64,000 nucleotides of DNA from positions 22,968-86,967 of IMG/VR virus record IMGVR_UViG_3300024346_000030. One strand, 5' to 3'. The DNA is from a virus. Its lineage: Duplodnaviria > Caudoviricetes. This document shows positions 48,541 through 61,290 of this stretch, one piece after another. Within the stretch, counting starts at the first letter, position 1, and each line of letters starts with the position of its first letter. The translations under genes and the position numbers were made by a program. The notes beneath the pieces are model-generated. The model saw only the letters and a program-made list of their open reading frames with translations. It made no database searches and had not been told where the DNA came from.

Positions 48541-51500
48541 TTAAAGTTTAGTTCTGAACTGAAATGGGTCCGTACCAGGGAATCCTCCGAATGGAAGGCT
48601 ATAGCTATCTTGTGTTTTGCTTATTAATTTATTTTTTAGGCTTGTAGAATCTTTCAAGCACATATCGTAAAACATATCAGTATGCCACATTTTGTAGTTG
48701 TTTTCTTCGGGTCCAGCTATAAACGAGTTACATACAAACTTTTCTGGAGGGTTGGATATAATTGTTGACTCTATATCCCACCCGCACAGATAGAATCCAA
48801 CAGGAGGATTTATATTTGGGTATAAATCACCTATGTCGCCTGGGCAGTTACTAGAAAGGGCTGCTTGTGCTTGTTGATTAGAAATTTCTGCCGTTATCTG
48901 ACCGTCTGCACTTTCATAAGTTCCATAAACGCTCACGGGAAGCCCATCAGACTTTTCTAAGGATACGATCAGTTCCTGGGGTGATTCCCAAGGCTCAACA
49001 CCATTATCTGTGCAGTAATCTGCTGGTTGTTGTACAACTCCGTCGACATCCAACTGTATATTCAATGTGTAAATACCTGGCCCAGGTCCAAATTGAGGTG
49101 GCTGGAGGAAGCAAAAGTTATTTATGTTTGCTGGAATCTCGTCTTCAAGTGCTACATTGCCTGATGGGTCGGTACTAAAAACTTTAAAGCATTCAGTGGT
49201 ACCCAAAATGTCTATATCAACATAACCCTCAGAACAAAAACCCTCAGAAAACTGAGCGGAGTATCCAACTTTGTAAGTCCCACCGCCTTGAACGTCTACA
49301 TTGTATTCACAACCTGGATTCGTTAGGCAATCATCGGTAGAGCAATAGCGCGGTACAGATTCTGAACCATATTTTAATTCTGGCGAATAACATATTCCAG
49401 CGTCCCAGTAGCCAACTAAGTCTGTCAACAAGTCTGGGTAGTCGTTAGTTATTATAGATATAGGCTTTGTGTTTATTGAGCCTTTTAGATCAAAAAATAA
49501 AACTTCTTTCTTTTCTGTTGCTGTTAGTTTTCTTCTCCATATAGCCGTATTACTAAACACAGTTTTTGGTTCTTCCCATCCATAAGCTTGCGGTATTACA
49601 TTGTACAAGTGAGAACTAGCTGGAAAACGTTTGGTTTGGACTCCAGAATAAGGGTTCTCTAAACCTCCAGAAAAAGGAATAAGAGCTCCTCTTTTACCGT
49701 AATCTTTTGTTGAGAAAACACCCCCTTTAACACCACTACCATCAACAAAAAAAGAATTGTTTGTTGGATCAAAAACAAAAGCGCCCCTCCTGTCTGGCTG
49801 ATTTGTGTCATACTCCATTATGTGATTATCACCAGGAGAAAGCAAATTGTTTGGGTCTCCTAAATTAGCTAAATCGTGCAGTCCTGTGTAATTTACGATA
49901 TATTTATCGTTTACATTATCATCAAGTCCGTAATCACCTATAGAAAAAACCCAACCAGTAATGTCTTTGTTGAAATATATGTAAGAATTCCCGCCATTCC
50001 CACCTGAATATACAGCGTATTCATTCTGCTTGGCCAACAAGCCATCACCAACGCCGTCTATATACGGTCTTACATAATTTCCGTTTGAATCTCTGTCTGT
50101 TTCGTAACCTCTTGTGGTAATTGTAGAACTATACAAGCCTTCAAAATTACTATAAAAATCGGCCCAAGGGTCTGAAGGCTGAGTCGCAGGAGATTCTATT
50201 TCTAAGTTAGTGTACTTATAAGCCCTATAATTGTAACTCGGGCTTGTCTCCAATCCATCTGATTGGTCGTAGAATCTTGGTCCAGGAAGAATCCCAAGGC
50301 CCAGTTCATGGTAATCTATTACCAACTGCTGCCCAAGTGTATTTAAAGAGGTTGAGAAAACTGGAGTCTCATAACCATTTGATTGGAAGTTTGGCAGGTA
50401 AGCTTTCAAATCGCCACCATCATTTTCTATAAATAATGGTATTTCTGATTCTGTTTCAAGATTGTAAATAGACGTTATTACGTCTTTTCTGTTTATGTAG
50501 TTATTGCTTACATCTTTGCTTGTGTAATGCATAACTATACTTAATTTCGAATCATTATCAAACCTCTCGAAAGATAATCTCAAACCGTCGTATAAGTTCC
50601 AAGTGGTTTGTAATATACCGTTTTTATAATCATTAGCACCCTGCTCCTGAATCTTTAAAACCAGCATTAATGTAAAGTCTTGACTTCCATTAATTGCCGA
50701 TGCTAAATCATCAGCAGAATCACTATCAAAGGAATAGTTTCTTAAAACATCCCTGGGCGGGATTACAAATAAGTCTCCAGGTCCAGGAGGTAATGATCCT
50801 GGATCAATATCTTCAGAGCCAAGAGGTCTTCTCAGCAAGAGTCCCGCCTGCCTCCTTGGTTGATCTGTGCCGCCCTCTTGTAAAGCGGTGTTAGCTTGTC
50901 CTGTAAATTGATAAAGCCTGTGGTCTATCCTTTTTGATGGAAGAAATAAATCCTCCGTATAAGGATCGTAAAATCTAAGCTTGCAAGAGCTTACTTTTTT
51001 ATTGCAACCGTCCCTTTCCCAAAACTTTGGATTTTTCTCTGGATCGAAACCGCTTATGTTCTCTCTTGCCACATAATAAGTTAACATTGGCTTTGGGTCC
51101 TCTATTCCATTTGGATCAGCGATAGTTACCCTATTGTTCTCTTTAAATGCTATCTCTCCTTTTAAGTAGGCTCTTATTGGGTCATACAGATCTTCATAAT
51201 TTCCGTACTCAAAATCCAACTCACCACCACCTATGACACCCAATGTATTTTCTTGTGTGTCTACAAAGGGAGTTCCATCCGCTTTTTGTTTTGGGGGGCC
51301 TTGGTAACCACACCCTTCTCCCCTATACTTCCAGTAACAGTACCTAGCGAATATTCTCCTGTTGTTTACTTCAAATTCGTCTAAATCAAGAGGGCTTGTT
51401 AACTCTAATTCTACAAAATTTTTATTTTCTTGAATCTTCTGGGATACAAGGTATTCTTCGTTAAATAATTCTGCAGACGCATCTGCCTCTCCGAAAGGGT

Positions 51501-51867
51501 TTCCTCCATCAAAATTTATATCATCTAAGAATTTTACAAAAACCCTCTTTCTTATTACTTTGGCGTTTTTTAAATCATTATTATTCTGGGCAATATTGGT
51601 AACAAAATAATCATTATTTGATATCCTCATTTTAGGCCTATTCAGCCTACCGTTAGCATTGGTCTCGAAACCTTCCGCTTCTATCCCCATGGGTTGGTAT
51701 GTCAGACCCTGCCAAACCACGCCTCTACCAAAAACAGAACCATCATGTACATCGAAAAAGTAATTTGGTTTTGATATGTAATCAGGATACAATCTATAGA
51801 GGCTCAACAAAGACCCTGGCTGTAAGCTCATTAGCTCTCTTGCTGCTTTATCTCTACCCTCCGCCAT
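48541..51867 (-). CDS. Minor tail protein L (lambda gpL-like) with a ~790-aa insertion
   Basis: YQPMGIEAEGFE...LNRPKMRISN, VIRKRVFVKFLD, LELTSPLD, CYWKYRGEGCGY, GCNKKVSSCKLRF (4 Cys) and terminal PFGGFPGT. Confidence 0.88.
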   Translation of the reverse strand: MAEGRDKAARELMSLQPGSLLSLYRLYPDYISKPNYFFDVHDGSVFGRGVVWQGLTYQPMGIEAEGFETNANGRLNRPKMRISNNDYFVTNIAQNNNDLKNAKVIRKRVFVKFLDDINFDGGNPFGEADASAELFNEEYLVSQKIQENKNFVELELTSPLDLDEFEVNNRRIFARYCYWKYRGEGCGYQGPPKQKADGTPFVDTQENTLGVIGGGELDFEYGNYEDLYDPIRAYLKGEIAFKENNRVTIADPNGIEDPKPMLTYYVARENISGFDPEKNPKFWERDGCNKKVSSCKLRFYDPYTEDLFLPSKRIDHRLYQFTGQANTALQEGGTDQPRRQAGLLLRRPLGSEDIDPGSLPPGPGDLFVIPPRDVLRNYSFDSDSADDLASAINGSQDFTLMLVLKIQEQGANDYKNGILQTTWNLYDGLRLSFERFDNDSKLSIVMHYTSKDVSNNYINRKDVITSIYNLETESEIPLFIENDGGDLKAYLPNFQSNGYETPVFSTSLNTLGQQLVIDYHELGLGILPGPRFYDQSDGLETSPSYNYRAYKYTNLEIESPATQPSDPWADFYSNFEGLYSSTITTRGYETDRDSNGNYVRPYIDGVGDGLLAKQNEYAVYSGGNGGNSYIYFNKDITGWVFSIGDYGLDDNVNDKYIVNYTGLHDLANLGDPNNLLSPGDNHIMEYDTNQPDRRGAFVFDPTNNSFFVDGSGVKGGVFSTKDYGKRGALIPFSGGLENPYSGVQTKRFPASSHLYNVIPQAYGWEEPKTVFSNTAIWRRKLTATEKKEVLFFDLKGSINTKPISIITNDYPDLLTDLVGYWDAGICYSPELKYGSESVPRYCSTDDCLTNPGCEYNVDVQGGGTYKVGYSAQFSEGFCSEGYVDIDILGTTECFKVFSTDPSGNVALEDEIPANINNFCFLQPPQFGPGPGIYTLNIQLDVDGVVQQPADYCTDNGVEPWESPQELIVSLEKSDGLPVSVYGTYESADGQITAEISNQQAQAALSSNCPGDIGDLYPNINPPVGFYLCGWDIESTIISNPPEKFVCNSFIAGPEENNYKMWHTDMFYDMCLKDSTSLKNKLISKTQDSYSLPFGGFPGTDPFQFRTKL
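48893..49307 (-). repeat. Inverted repeat copy 1 (module shared with 56462-56887)
   Basis: Manual alignment: first block 100/110 identical; second block contains perfect runs of 45 bp (49062-49106 vs 56663-56707) and 37 bp. Confidence 0.92.
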
Positions 51868-51875
51868 ACTAAAAA

Positions 51876-51881
51876 ATACAC
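51876..51881 (-). promoter_or_regulatory. GTGTAT motif, 8 nt before the gpL ATG
   Basis: Minus strand reads AGTGTATTTTTTAGTATG. Confidence 0.5.
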
Positions 51882-51926
51882 TATTTATGTATAATATGAT
51901 ATATATATTTTTTTTAAACTTTTTTA

Positions 51927-51954
51927 TTGACTTTGTGCTTTGTTTGTTTATAAT
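51927..51954 (+). promoter_or_regulatory. Sigma70-like promoter TTGACT-N16-TATAAT
   Basis: In the divergent gap upstream of 51975. Confidence 0.6.
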
Positions 51955-51974
51955 AGTCCGAATACAAAATTAAA

Positions 51975-52169
51975 ATGAACGAATATATCTATAGAGTTTT
52001 TAACCATAAAGAAGATTATCAACAGAGTTACAGCCCATCTCTTGATGGTTCTCTCGATTGGGCTATAGACTGCGCCAAAAGAACAAACGGAAAAGTCTAC
52101 TTCTGCGAAATGAAAAACGGCATAACTATAAAAAGAAAACTAGTAGAGCCAGAAAAAGGTAAAAATTAA
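51975..52169 (+). CDS. Hypothetical protein
   Basis: ORF with a promoter directly upstream. Confidence 0.55.
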   Translation: MNEYIYRVFNHKEDYQQSYSPSLDGSLDWAIDCAKRTNGKVYFCEMKNGITIKRKLVEPEKGKN

Positions 52170-52172
52170 GAG

Positions 52173-52706
52173 GTGCCAATTATAAATTCGATAGAGTCTT
52201 ACGAAATTAGCAATTTAGACTACAGCAGTAAAGAATTCCTTCAAGACTTTCTTTCTTATTGTGTCCATTCCATACCAGAGGACGGCATGGAATCCAAATC
52301 TCTATCCGTAAGAATTAAGTTTACAAATATATTCTTACAAAAACTAAAGAAGTGCGATCACTCTTTGTTAATGAAAAATAAACAGGGAGAGAAAATGTGT
52401 TACATTTTTTTAAAAGAAGAAGACAAAGGCGAAGCCTTAATGATAGATTTCATATTCCCCTCTGAGAATATAAAGAACACAACCCATAAAGAAAAATCGA
52501 CATTGTTCACTATATCTGCAATTAAGCTGATGAAGCTTTTCGACGTTAGCACAATAAAAGGCAAAATAACTAGAACAAACAAAATAAAAGGTTACATAAC
52601 CTTTATAAAAAGATACATAAAGTATATAGAGTTGTCTGAAACCAACCAAAACATACAAGCTACGATAACAAAAGACAAAGTTTTACCCTATTATGCAAAA
52701 TTATAA
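52173..52706 (+). CDS. Hypothetical protein
   Basis: GTG start, tightly packed with neighbours. Confidence 0.55.
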   Translation: MPIINSIESYEISNLDYSSKEFLQDFLSYCVHSIPEDGMESKSLSVRIKFTNIFLQKLKKCDHSLLMKNKQGEKMCYIFLKEEDKGEALMIDFIFPSENIKNTTHKEKSTLFTISAIKLMKLFDVSTIKGKITRTNKIKGYITFIKRYIKYIELSETNQNIQATITKDKVLPYYAKL

Positions 52707-52944
52707 CTTTAAAATTGTAGCGGCAAACTCATCCACAAAGCGGTTGTTGAATGAGGAGTTCTTTTTGGGAGGCTTTGACTTTAATGGCTCAGTATTAACA
52801 CTGGAAGTAAATATTAAAGGTGAAATCTTTTTGATACAAGTTAAATCAATTATGTTTATAAAAGGTGTGTTTGCTATTAATTGTTTTTTAAGCTCTGAGA
52901 GCGGAGATTGTTCGGGTAAGGTTGTTTTAGAGCAATTGATATAA
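52693..52944 (+). CDS. Hypothetical protein
   Basis: Overlaps the 3' end of the upstream gene. Confidence 0.5.
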   Translation: MQNYNFKIVAANSSTKRLLNEEFFLGGFDFNGSVLTLEVNIKGEIFLIQVKSIMFIKGVFAINCFLSSESGDCSGKVVLEQLI

Positions 52945-52978
52945 GTTTTACTTTTTTTTATAGGTGTTTTAATATTCT

Positions 52979-52984
52979 GTGTAT
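52979..52984 (+). promoter_or_regulatory. GTGTAT motif, 8 nt before the ATG at 52993
   Basis: Seen directly in the intergenic gap. Confidence 0.5.
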
Positions 52985-52992
52985 CTATTTAC

Positions 52993-53244
52993 ATGGCAAC
53001 ATCTACCCAATCAAGTCTTTTAAAAACCCTTGGAGCTTATGGCGGCAAAAGGGTCGTCGGCAACCAAACTCTTTCTGGTAAATTTATGGCTATTCACGCC
53101 CTCGATGACACTACTATAGAAGCGGGGACAGTAGGTAACATTGAAGGTTTTGTAGGGGCAACTATAGTCTTAGGAGATGTTATAGTAGGCTCTTGGACTA
53201 CCTTGCATATTTCTGGAGAAGCTATAGTTTACTATGCAGATTAA
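52993..53244 (+). CDS. Small beta-rich virion-type protein
   Basis: GKFMAIHALDDTTI...GDVIVGSWTTLHISGEAIVY resembles small structural proteins common in aquatic phages (recalled, unverified). Confidence 0.55.
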   Translation: MATSTQSSLLKTLGAYGGKRVVGNQTLSGKFMAIHALDDTTIEAGTVGNIEGFVGATIVLGDVIVGSWTTLHISGEAIVYYAD

Positions 53245-53246
53245 TA

Positions 53247-53582
53247 ATGAGACTACTAAATATATTTGGTAACTCCGTTAGGAAAAGGTTTATTTCATCT
53301 GCAAAAAGGTGTTGTGGCTTTTCATGGTCTGATGATAAATTATGGCAAGAAGAATGCAGGTGGAAAGAACCCTTTTGCTGTTCTAGCTTGTGGTACAACT
53401 CTAACACATGGATCAACACTTGTATTTGGCCAGTAGGCACCCAAATAACTGGCACTTGTGCCTGGAATGAAGAAGATCTGTGGGTCAGTAGCGAGTCATT
53501 TATTATTTCGGATAATTGGAATGAAACAGATTCTTGGAATAGTAATGATTTTTGGGATTCCTGTCCTAATGACACACCTTAG
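53247..53582 (+). CDS. Trp/Cys-rich hexad-repeat protein
   Basis: 11 Trp, mostly 6 residues apart. Start moved to ATG 53247, just after the upstream stop. Confidence 0.6.
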   Translation: MRLLNIFGNSVRKRFISSAKRCCGFSWSDDKLWQEECRWKEPFCCSSLWYNSNTWINTCIWPVGTQITGTCAWNEEDLWVSSESFIISDNWNETDSWNSNDFWDSCPNDTP

Positions 53583-53643
53583 GGCGTATTGGTTTTTAGT
53601 GCAATATCAAATACAAAAAGTATTTGTTAAACAAGTTATTTTC

Positions 53644-53650
53644 GTGTAAT
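53644..53650 (+). promoter_or_regulatory. GTGTAAT motif upstream of the fibre cluster
   Basis: 31 nt before the ATG at 53681. Confidence 0.5.
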
Positions 53651-53680
53651 TAATTCAAAGCATCAAAATAAATTTTAAAT

Positions 53681-54103
53681 ATGTCATTACAACCCTTTAA
53701 CCCAGTACCAAACCAGACAACACACTCTGACGCGACAAGCCTAATCAATAGTAATTTTGTTGAAACAGAGCAAAGGCTTGCTTCTATGGAGGCCAGACAA
53801 AGCCAAAACACAGTAACATCTGTTAATGGAGTAGCTACATTTGATTCTTCAAGTATCTTAGCGAGCAAAATAACAATAACCGAAAACACCGAGATTGTTA
53901 TTTCAAACGCCACAGCTGGCGACTCAGGTATAATTATTATCAGAGAGGCAAGCCCAGGAGGTTTTGGCATTACAAGCAATCATGTAGTTTTAGGTGGAAG
54001 TCTTTCTTTGTTTGACTTTATCACCCCAGTAACTGGTGTTGGAACAATCAGCTGGTATTATGACGGCTCCGAATATCTTCTTTATGTTTCAGAAACCACC
54101 TAA
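53681..54103 (+). CDS. Short fibre/decoration protein
   Basis: N-terminal anchor (TTHSDATSLINSNFVETEQRL) shared with two fibres; C-terminal ITENTEIVISNATAGDSG..YYDGSEY beta domain. Confidence 0.65.
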   Translation: MSLQPFNPVPNQTTHSDATSLINSNFVETEQRLASMEARQSQNTVTSVNGVATFDSSSILASKITITENTEIVISNATAGDSGIIIIREASPGGFGITSNHVVLGGSLSLFDFITPVTGVGTISWYYDGSEYLLYVSETT

Positions 54104-54174
54104 CAACATAAAAAATCTTTCTCTTTACATAATAATAACCTAATCAATAAATTTAATTTAAAACCGACAGAACA

Positions 54175-57100
54175 ATGGCGCAAAACCCTATAGAAATAAC
54201 AGAAGGGTTAACAACCCACGAGAATGTTTTGGACTCAATGAATCTTAATTTTTTAGATTCAGAGTTAAGAATTTCAGCACTCGAAGACGCTGGCCCTGGT
54301 ACAGTAGGACCTGAAGGTCCTGAAGGTCCTGAAGGTCCAGCAGGTCCAGCAGGTGCTAATGGACCCCAGGGTATTCAGGGTATACAGGGTGTAGCTGGTA
54401 CTGATGGTATTGACGGAGCTACTGGCTCTACTGGTCCTACTGGCCCTAGGGGGATTCAAGGAATCCAAGGAGAACAGGGTTCTGCGGGTTCTGCAGGAAC
54501 TGGCGTAACATTTCTTGGAGATGTTCCTACAGTTGGTGATTTGCCTTTAACGGCAACACAAGGAGATGCATACATAGTTCAAGCTGACGATAGTTTTCAC
54601 ATTTATGATGGGGTCAATTTTATAAGCGGTGGTTCTATCCAAGGACCCCAAGGAATTCAGGGTCCCCAAGGAGTTCAAGGCGTTCAAGGTGAAGCTGGCG
54701 TTAACGGCGTTGACGGTTCTGAAGGTGCTACTGGTCCTGAAGGTCCACAAGGCATTCAGGGAATACAGGGTGTTGAAGGTCCAGCGGGTGATACTGGTCC
54801 CGAAGGCCCACAAGGCATTCAAGGTATTCAAGGAGAACAGGGCATCACTGGCCCTGCGGGTGATACTGGTGCGGTTGGTGCAACTGGTCCCGCTGGAGAA
54901 CAAGGTGTAACTGGACCCGCTGGCGCTGATGGTATTAATGGCAATGATGGTGCCGCTGGTAGTGACGGCGTTGACGGCAATGATGGTGCTGATGGAGCTA
55001 CTGGCCCACAGGGTCCAATTGGTCCTACTGGAGCCGACGGTGCTCAAGGCCCTACTGGATTAACAGGTTCTCAAGGACCACAAGGTCCAGAAGGCCCTAT
55101 AGGTCCAGCAGGTGTTGACGGTACTGACGGTGCTGATGGAGCTACTGGCCCCACTGGTGCTGACGGTGCTGACGGAGCCGTAGGTCCAACAGGATCTACT
55201 GGTCCTATCGGCCCTCAAGGCCAACAAGGAATAACTGGCCCACAAGGAATACAGGGAGTACAAGGGGAAGAGGGTCCTGCGGGATCTGCGGGAACTGGCG
55301 TAACATTTCTTGGAGATGTTCCTACAGTTGGTGACCTGCCTTTAAGTGCGACACAAGGAGATGCTTACATAGTTCAGGCCGACGATAGTTTTCACATTTA
55401 TGACGGTTCCGCTTTTGTAAGCGGAGGTTCAATTCAAGGCCCTCAAGGAATTCAGGGTGTTGATGGAATTCAAGGCATTCAAGGTATTCAAGGGGCAGAC
55501 GGTATTCAAGGAGATACTGGGGCTGCAGGCCCTCAAGGACCACAAGGAATCGCTGGTTCTGACGGAGCCACAGGTCCTCAAGGGCCTCAAGGTGTTCAAG
55601 GAGATGCTGGAGCCACGGGTCCTCAAGGCCCAGCAGGAGATAATGGTTCTGATGCGGTTGTTGATAATGCATCTTATGGAGAATCCTGGTCTAGCGATAC
55701 TACTCAAGCAGCTACCAGACAAGCCTTGTATAATAAATTAGAGGGTATAGTTAATGGTGGAGGAACAGACATAGTAGAATCATCCGTAGCCACCAACCCA
55801 GCTCTTATAGCCAAAGAAGACACACCTTATAACGACACTGTTTCTGGTCTTGTTAGAGGAAGTCAAGCTATTGATTTGCAACTTAGACGCCAAGCTAACA
55901 CAGATATAGCTGGCGGTAACATGTCGGTAATTGCTGGTGGTGATAGCAATGAAATTTCTAGCGCTGGAGGAGGAGCTAACGGGCAGTATGCAACTATTAT
56001 AGGAGGAGGATTTAATAAGGTCCTTGTCGGTCAATACAGTAGTGTGTTAGGAGGATATTTAAATCAGATTAACCCAGACAATGGCAATGCAAATTATTCT
56101 GTAGTGTGTGGAACACGGGCAGAAGCAAAGCACTCTAGGTCGTTTGTTTTTAATGATAATGAGGGTACACCTTTTACTTCTTTGCAGAGCAACACATTTA
56201 ACGTTCACGCAACTAATGGACTAAGGCTTATTACTGACGGTTCACAAACAGCTAATCAGGTTTTAACTTGTGATGCTGATGGTCACGGAACTTGGCAAGA
56301 TTTAAGTGGTCAAATAACGCTAGAAGATGCTTCTGCTTTAGTTTATGTTTCTAAGGATGGTGACGATGCTAATGATGGTCTTTCGATTGACAAACCAAAA
56401 CTAACTATAGGAAGCGCTATTACAGCTGCTGAAACTTTATCTACATCTACAATCGGTTCTCAATACAATGTAAACGTTCAAGGCGGTGGGACTTACGAAG
56501 TTGGATACCCCGCTCAGGTTTCTGAGGGTTTTTGTTCTGAAAATTATGTTGATATAGGTGTTTTGGGTACCCAAAGAAGCTTTGTAGCGTCAGATCCCAT
56601 CCCTGAACAGCCTTTATCATACAGCGACGAAGATCTAAACAAAACCTCCAACAATGCCTTCGTCCAGCCACCTCAATTTGGACCTGGGCCAGGTATTTAC
56701 ACATTGAGTATAGAGTTGGATGTCGACGGAGTTGCACAAGAACCAGCAGATTACTGCGCAGATAATGGTTTCGGGCCAGTTGAGCCTTGGGAATCACCCC
56801 AGCAATTGGTCGTAGTCTTAGAAAAGTCTGATGGGCTTCCTTTGGAATTTTATGGAACTTATGAAAGTGCAGACGGTCAGATAACAGCAACAGTCACAAA
56901 TACGCTTTCTACTGTAAGTTCTCCTGTTAAAATTGAGGTTCTTGATGGTGGTATTTATCAAGAAAATATAGTTTTAACTGACCTTATAAAGGTACACGCA
57001 CCTAGCGCAACTCTCTCTGGAAACCTTGGTATGATTGAAAACTGTGGAGCTGAGTTTTATAGGCATGATTTAGGTGTTGATGTTGGCAATTTCGCTTTAG

Positions 57101-58608
57101 TCTCCGTATCTGGTACGGGAGAAAAATTTTACAAATGTAGTATTATGGATACTACTGCTGACGGAACAGAGAGTGCCAATACAGCCATCTTTGTTTCGGG
57201 TAGTAGTAATTTCAATAGGCTTTGTGTTGATGTTGGATTAATAATTGTAGGCTTTTCATCTAAGGGCATAAATGCTGTATCGACAGGACTATATACAGAA
57301 CTGTTTGGAAGTATTGATCATATATCGCTTTACAAAAACAACTCAACAGCAATAAGTGTAAGTTCTCAATTTTCAAATACCAATAGCGTTTCGCTTAATA
57401 TAAATACCATAGACCAAGAAACTGGCCTTGGTTCTATCGTTAATTCGAAAGCTCTGCAAATTGACGGAGGCAATGTTACCTTAAGCTTAAACGAAATAGA
57501 TGCTGACATTGCATATAATATAGGTACATCAGGAAGATTGTATCTTGAATGTCTTAAAATAGCTGGATCAAAAACAGGAACCCCACTACTAGAGATTTCT
57601 GAAGATACATATGGAGTTGCATCAGCATTAGCATACAATGCAGGTAACACTGATTCTATAGAAATCGGTGCATTAGACAGCACTACTGAGACAGGTCCAA
57701 ATTCCATAACCATACAAGGTAGTAGAGGACTTGCTACGCAAGTAGCTTCAGGAACTAATTCTATAGCAATTGGAACGAACACAAAAGCAGAGGGGGATCA
57801 AGCAGTTGCTATTGGTGTCGGGAGCCAAGCTACAGATAATAACGGAACAGCTGTAGGCTCAAACACCCAAGCTTCTTCACCGCATTCTACAGCAGTAGGT
57901 ACCTTTTCGAGAGCACAAGGAGGTTATGGATCTTGTGCGTTTGGTCACTCAACTTTATCTGATGGTGTGGGATCTTTAGCTTATGGATATAACTGCCAAG
58001 CTAAACAAAATGGCTCTGCGGTATTTGGTAGAAACGTAATTAATAATACAGCAAATACTATAGAAATTGGACATTGGGCGGATACTGGCAACACTGGCAG
58101 AACAGGTGCGGTTCGGATGGACTCACAAAGAAATGTATCATTTAGTATTAAGGATACAGCTGTAGTTATGATAGATGGTGGAAGCCCGAATGGTTCTGAA
58201 GCAGTAAACACGCTCGGCCGTCAAATGATTGCCTTTAGGCGTAATGGCGATGATATTTACGTTGATTCAAATGATGCTGTGGGTAATATTACAACAACGC
58301 AACTCGGTGGAGATGGATCTTCAGTTAATAATGTCGCTACTGTAACAACAATTACCCATTTACAGCCTGTTGGCAACACACATACAATATATAATGATAC
58401 AACCGCTGGTGCAGATATCACATCTGAACTAATGTCGGCATCAGATCACGTTGGAACATCTGTACATAAGAAAATAGGAGATAGCCACAACGTTGTTATA
58501 ACAGCACCAGTTGGCAGCACAATCGATGGCCAACAAACATTCACATTATCCTTTAAAAACGAAAGCGTAAGCATTTTTTCTGATGGATCAAACTTTTACA
58601 TAATCTAA
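54175..58608 (+). CDS. Collagen-like tail fibre/adhesin with beta-helix-type and YadA-head-like domains
   Basis: Long G-X-Y runs; two [15 protein letters not shown] spacer modules; [20 protein letters not shown] motif; SIAIG/AVAIG/TAVG head repeats at about 57755-58030. Confidence 0.85.
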   Translation: MAQNPIEITEGLTTHENVLDSMNLNFLDSELRISALEDAGPGTVGPEGPEGPEGPAGPAGANGPQGIQGIQGVAGTDGIDGATGSTGPTGPRGIQGIQGEQGSAGSAGTGVTFLGDVPTVGDLPLTATQGDAYIVQADDSFHIYDGVNFISGGSIQGPQGIQGPQGVQGVQGEAGVNGVDGSEGATGPEGPQGIQGIQGVEGPAGDTGPEGPQGIQGIQGEQGITGPAGDTGAVGATGPAGEQGVTGPAGADGINGNDGAAGSDGVDGNDGADGATGPQGPIGPTGADGAQGPTGLTGSQGPQGPEGPIGPAGVDGTDGADGATGPTGADGADGAVGPTGSTGPIGPQGQQGITGPQGIQGVQGEEGPAGSAGTGVTFLGDVPTVGDLPLSATQGDAYIVQADDSFHIYDGSAFVSGGSIQGPQGIQGVDGIQGIQGIQGADGIQGDTGAAGPQGPQGIAGSDGATGPQGPQGVQGDAGATGPQGPAGDNGSDAVVDNASYGESWSSDTTQAATRQALYNKLEGIVNGGGTDIVESSVATNPALIAKEDTPYNDTVSGLVRGSQAIDLQLRRQANTDIAGGNMSVIAGGDSNEISSAGGGANGQYATIIGGGFNKVLVGQYSSVLGGYLNQINPDNGNANYSVVCGTRAEAKHSRSFVFNDNEGTPFTSLQSNTFNVHATNGLRLITDGSQTANQVLTCDADGHGTWQDLSGQITLEDASALVYVSKDGDDANDGLSIDKPKLTIGSAITAAETLSTSTIGSQYNVNVQGGGTYEVGYPAQVSEGFCSENYVDIGVLGTQRSFVASDPIPEQPLSYSDEDLNKTSNNAFVQPPQFGPGPGIYTLSIELDVDGVAQEPADYCADNGFGPVEPWESPQQLVVVLEKSDGLPLEFYGTYESADGQITATVTNTLSTVSSPVKIEVLDGGIYQENIVLTDLIKVHAPSATLSGNLGMIENCGAEFYRHDLGVDVGNFALVSVSGTGEKFYKCSIMDTTADGTESANTAIFVSGSSNFNRLCVDVGLIIVGFSSKGINAVSTGLYTELFGSIDHISLYKNNSTAISVSSQFSNTNSVSLNINTIDQETGLGSIVNSKALQIDGGNVTLSLNEIDADIAYNIGTSGRLYLECLKIAGSKTGTPLLEISEDTYGVASALAYNAGNTDSIEIGALDSTTETGPNSITIQGSRGLATQVASGTNSIAIGTNTKAEGDQAVAIGVGSQATDNNGTAVGSNTQASSPHSTAVGTFSRAQGGYGSCAFGHSTLSDGVGSLAYGYNCQAKQNGSAVFGRNVINNTANTIEIGHWADTGNTGRTGAVRMDSQRNVSFSIKDTAVVMIDGGSPNGSEAVNTLGRQMIAFRRNGDDIYVDSNDAVGNITTTQLGGDGSSVNNVATVTTITHLQPVGNTHTIYNDTTAGADITSELMSASDHVGTSVHKKIGDSHNVVITAPVGSTIDGQQTFTLSFKNESVSIFSDGSNFYII
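54496..55403 (+). repeat. Direct repeat of a 113-bp spacer module (54496-54608 and 55291-55403)
   Basis: About 90% identical DNA encoding [37 protein letters not shown]. Confidence 0.9.
55545..55596 (+). repeat. 52-bp perfect direct repeat shared with 60022-60073 in the next fibre gene
   Basis: aggaatcgctggttctgacggagccacaggtcctcaagggcctcaaggtgtt is identical at both sites. Confidence 0.9.
56462..56887 (+). repeat. Inverted repeat copy 2 (module shared with gpL)
   Basis: Encodes [15 protein letters not shown]...[14 protein letters not shown]...[13 protein letters not shown], nearly identical to the gpL segment. Confidence 0.92.
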
Positions 58609-58609
58609 A

Positions 58610-61270
<2,661 letters not shown>

Positions 61271-61290
61271 ATTTAATTTAATTTAATTAA

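Noticed and set aside
48893-56887. Diversity-generating retroelement TR/VR pair
   Set aside because: Mismatches between the copies are not adenine-specific (T/C, T/G, C/T and reciprocal A/G changes), both copies are mid-gene, and no reverse transcriptase is in the window.
48541-56913. Inteins in gpL, the fibre or DnaE
   Set aside because: No C/S...HN-C/S/T splice junctions and no LAGLIDADG or HNH motifs at the insertion boundaries.
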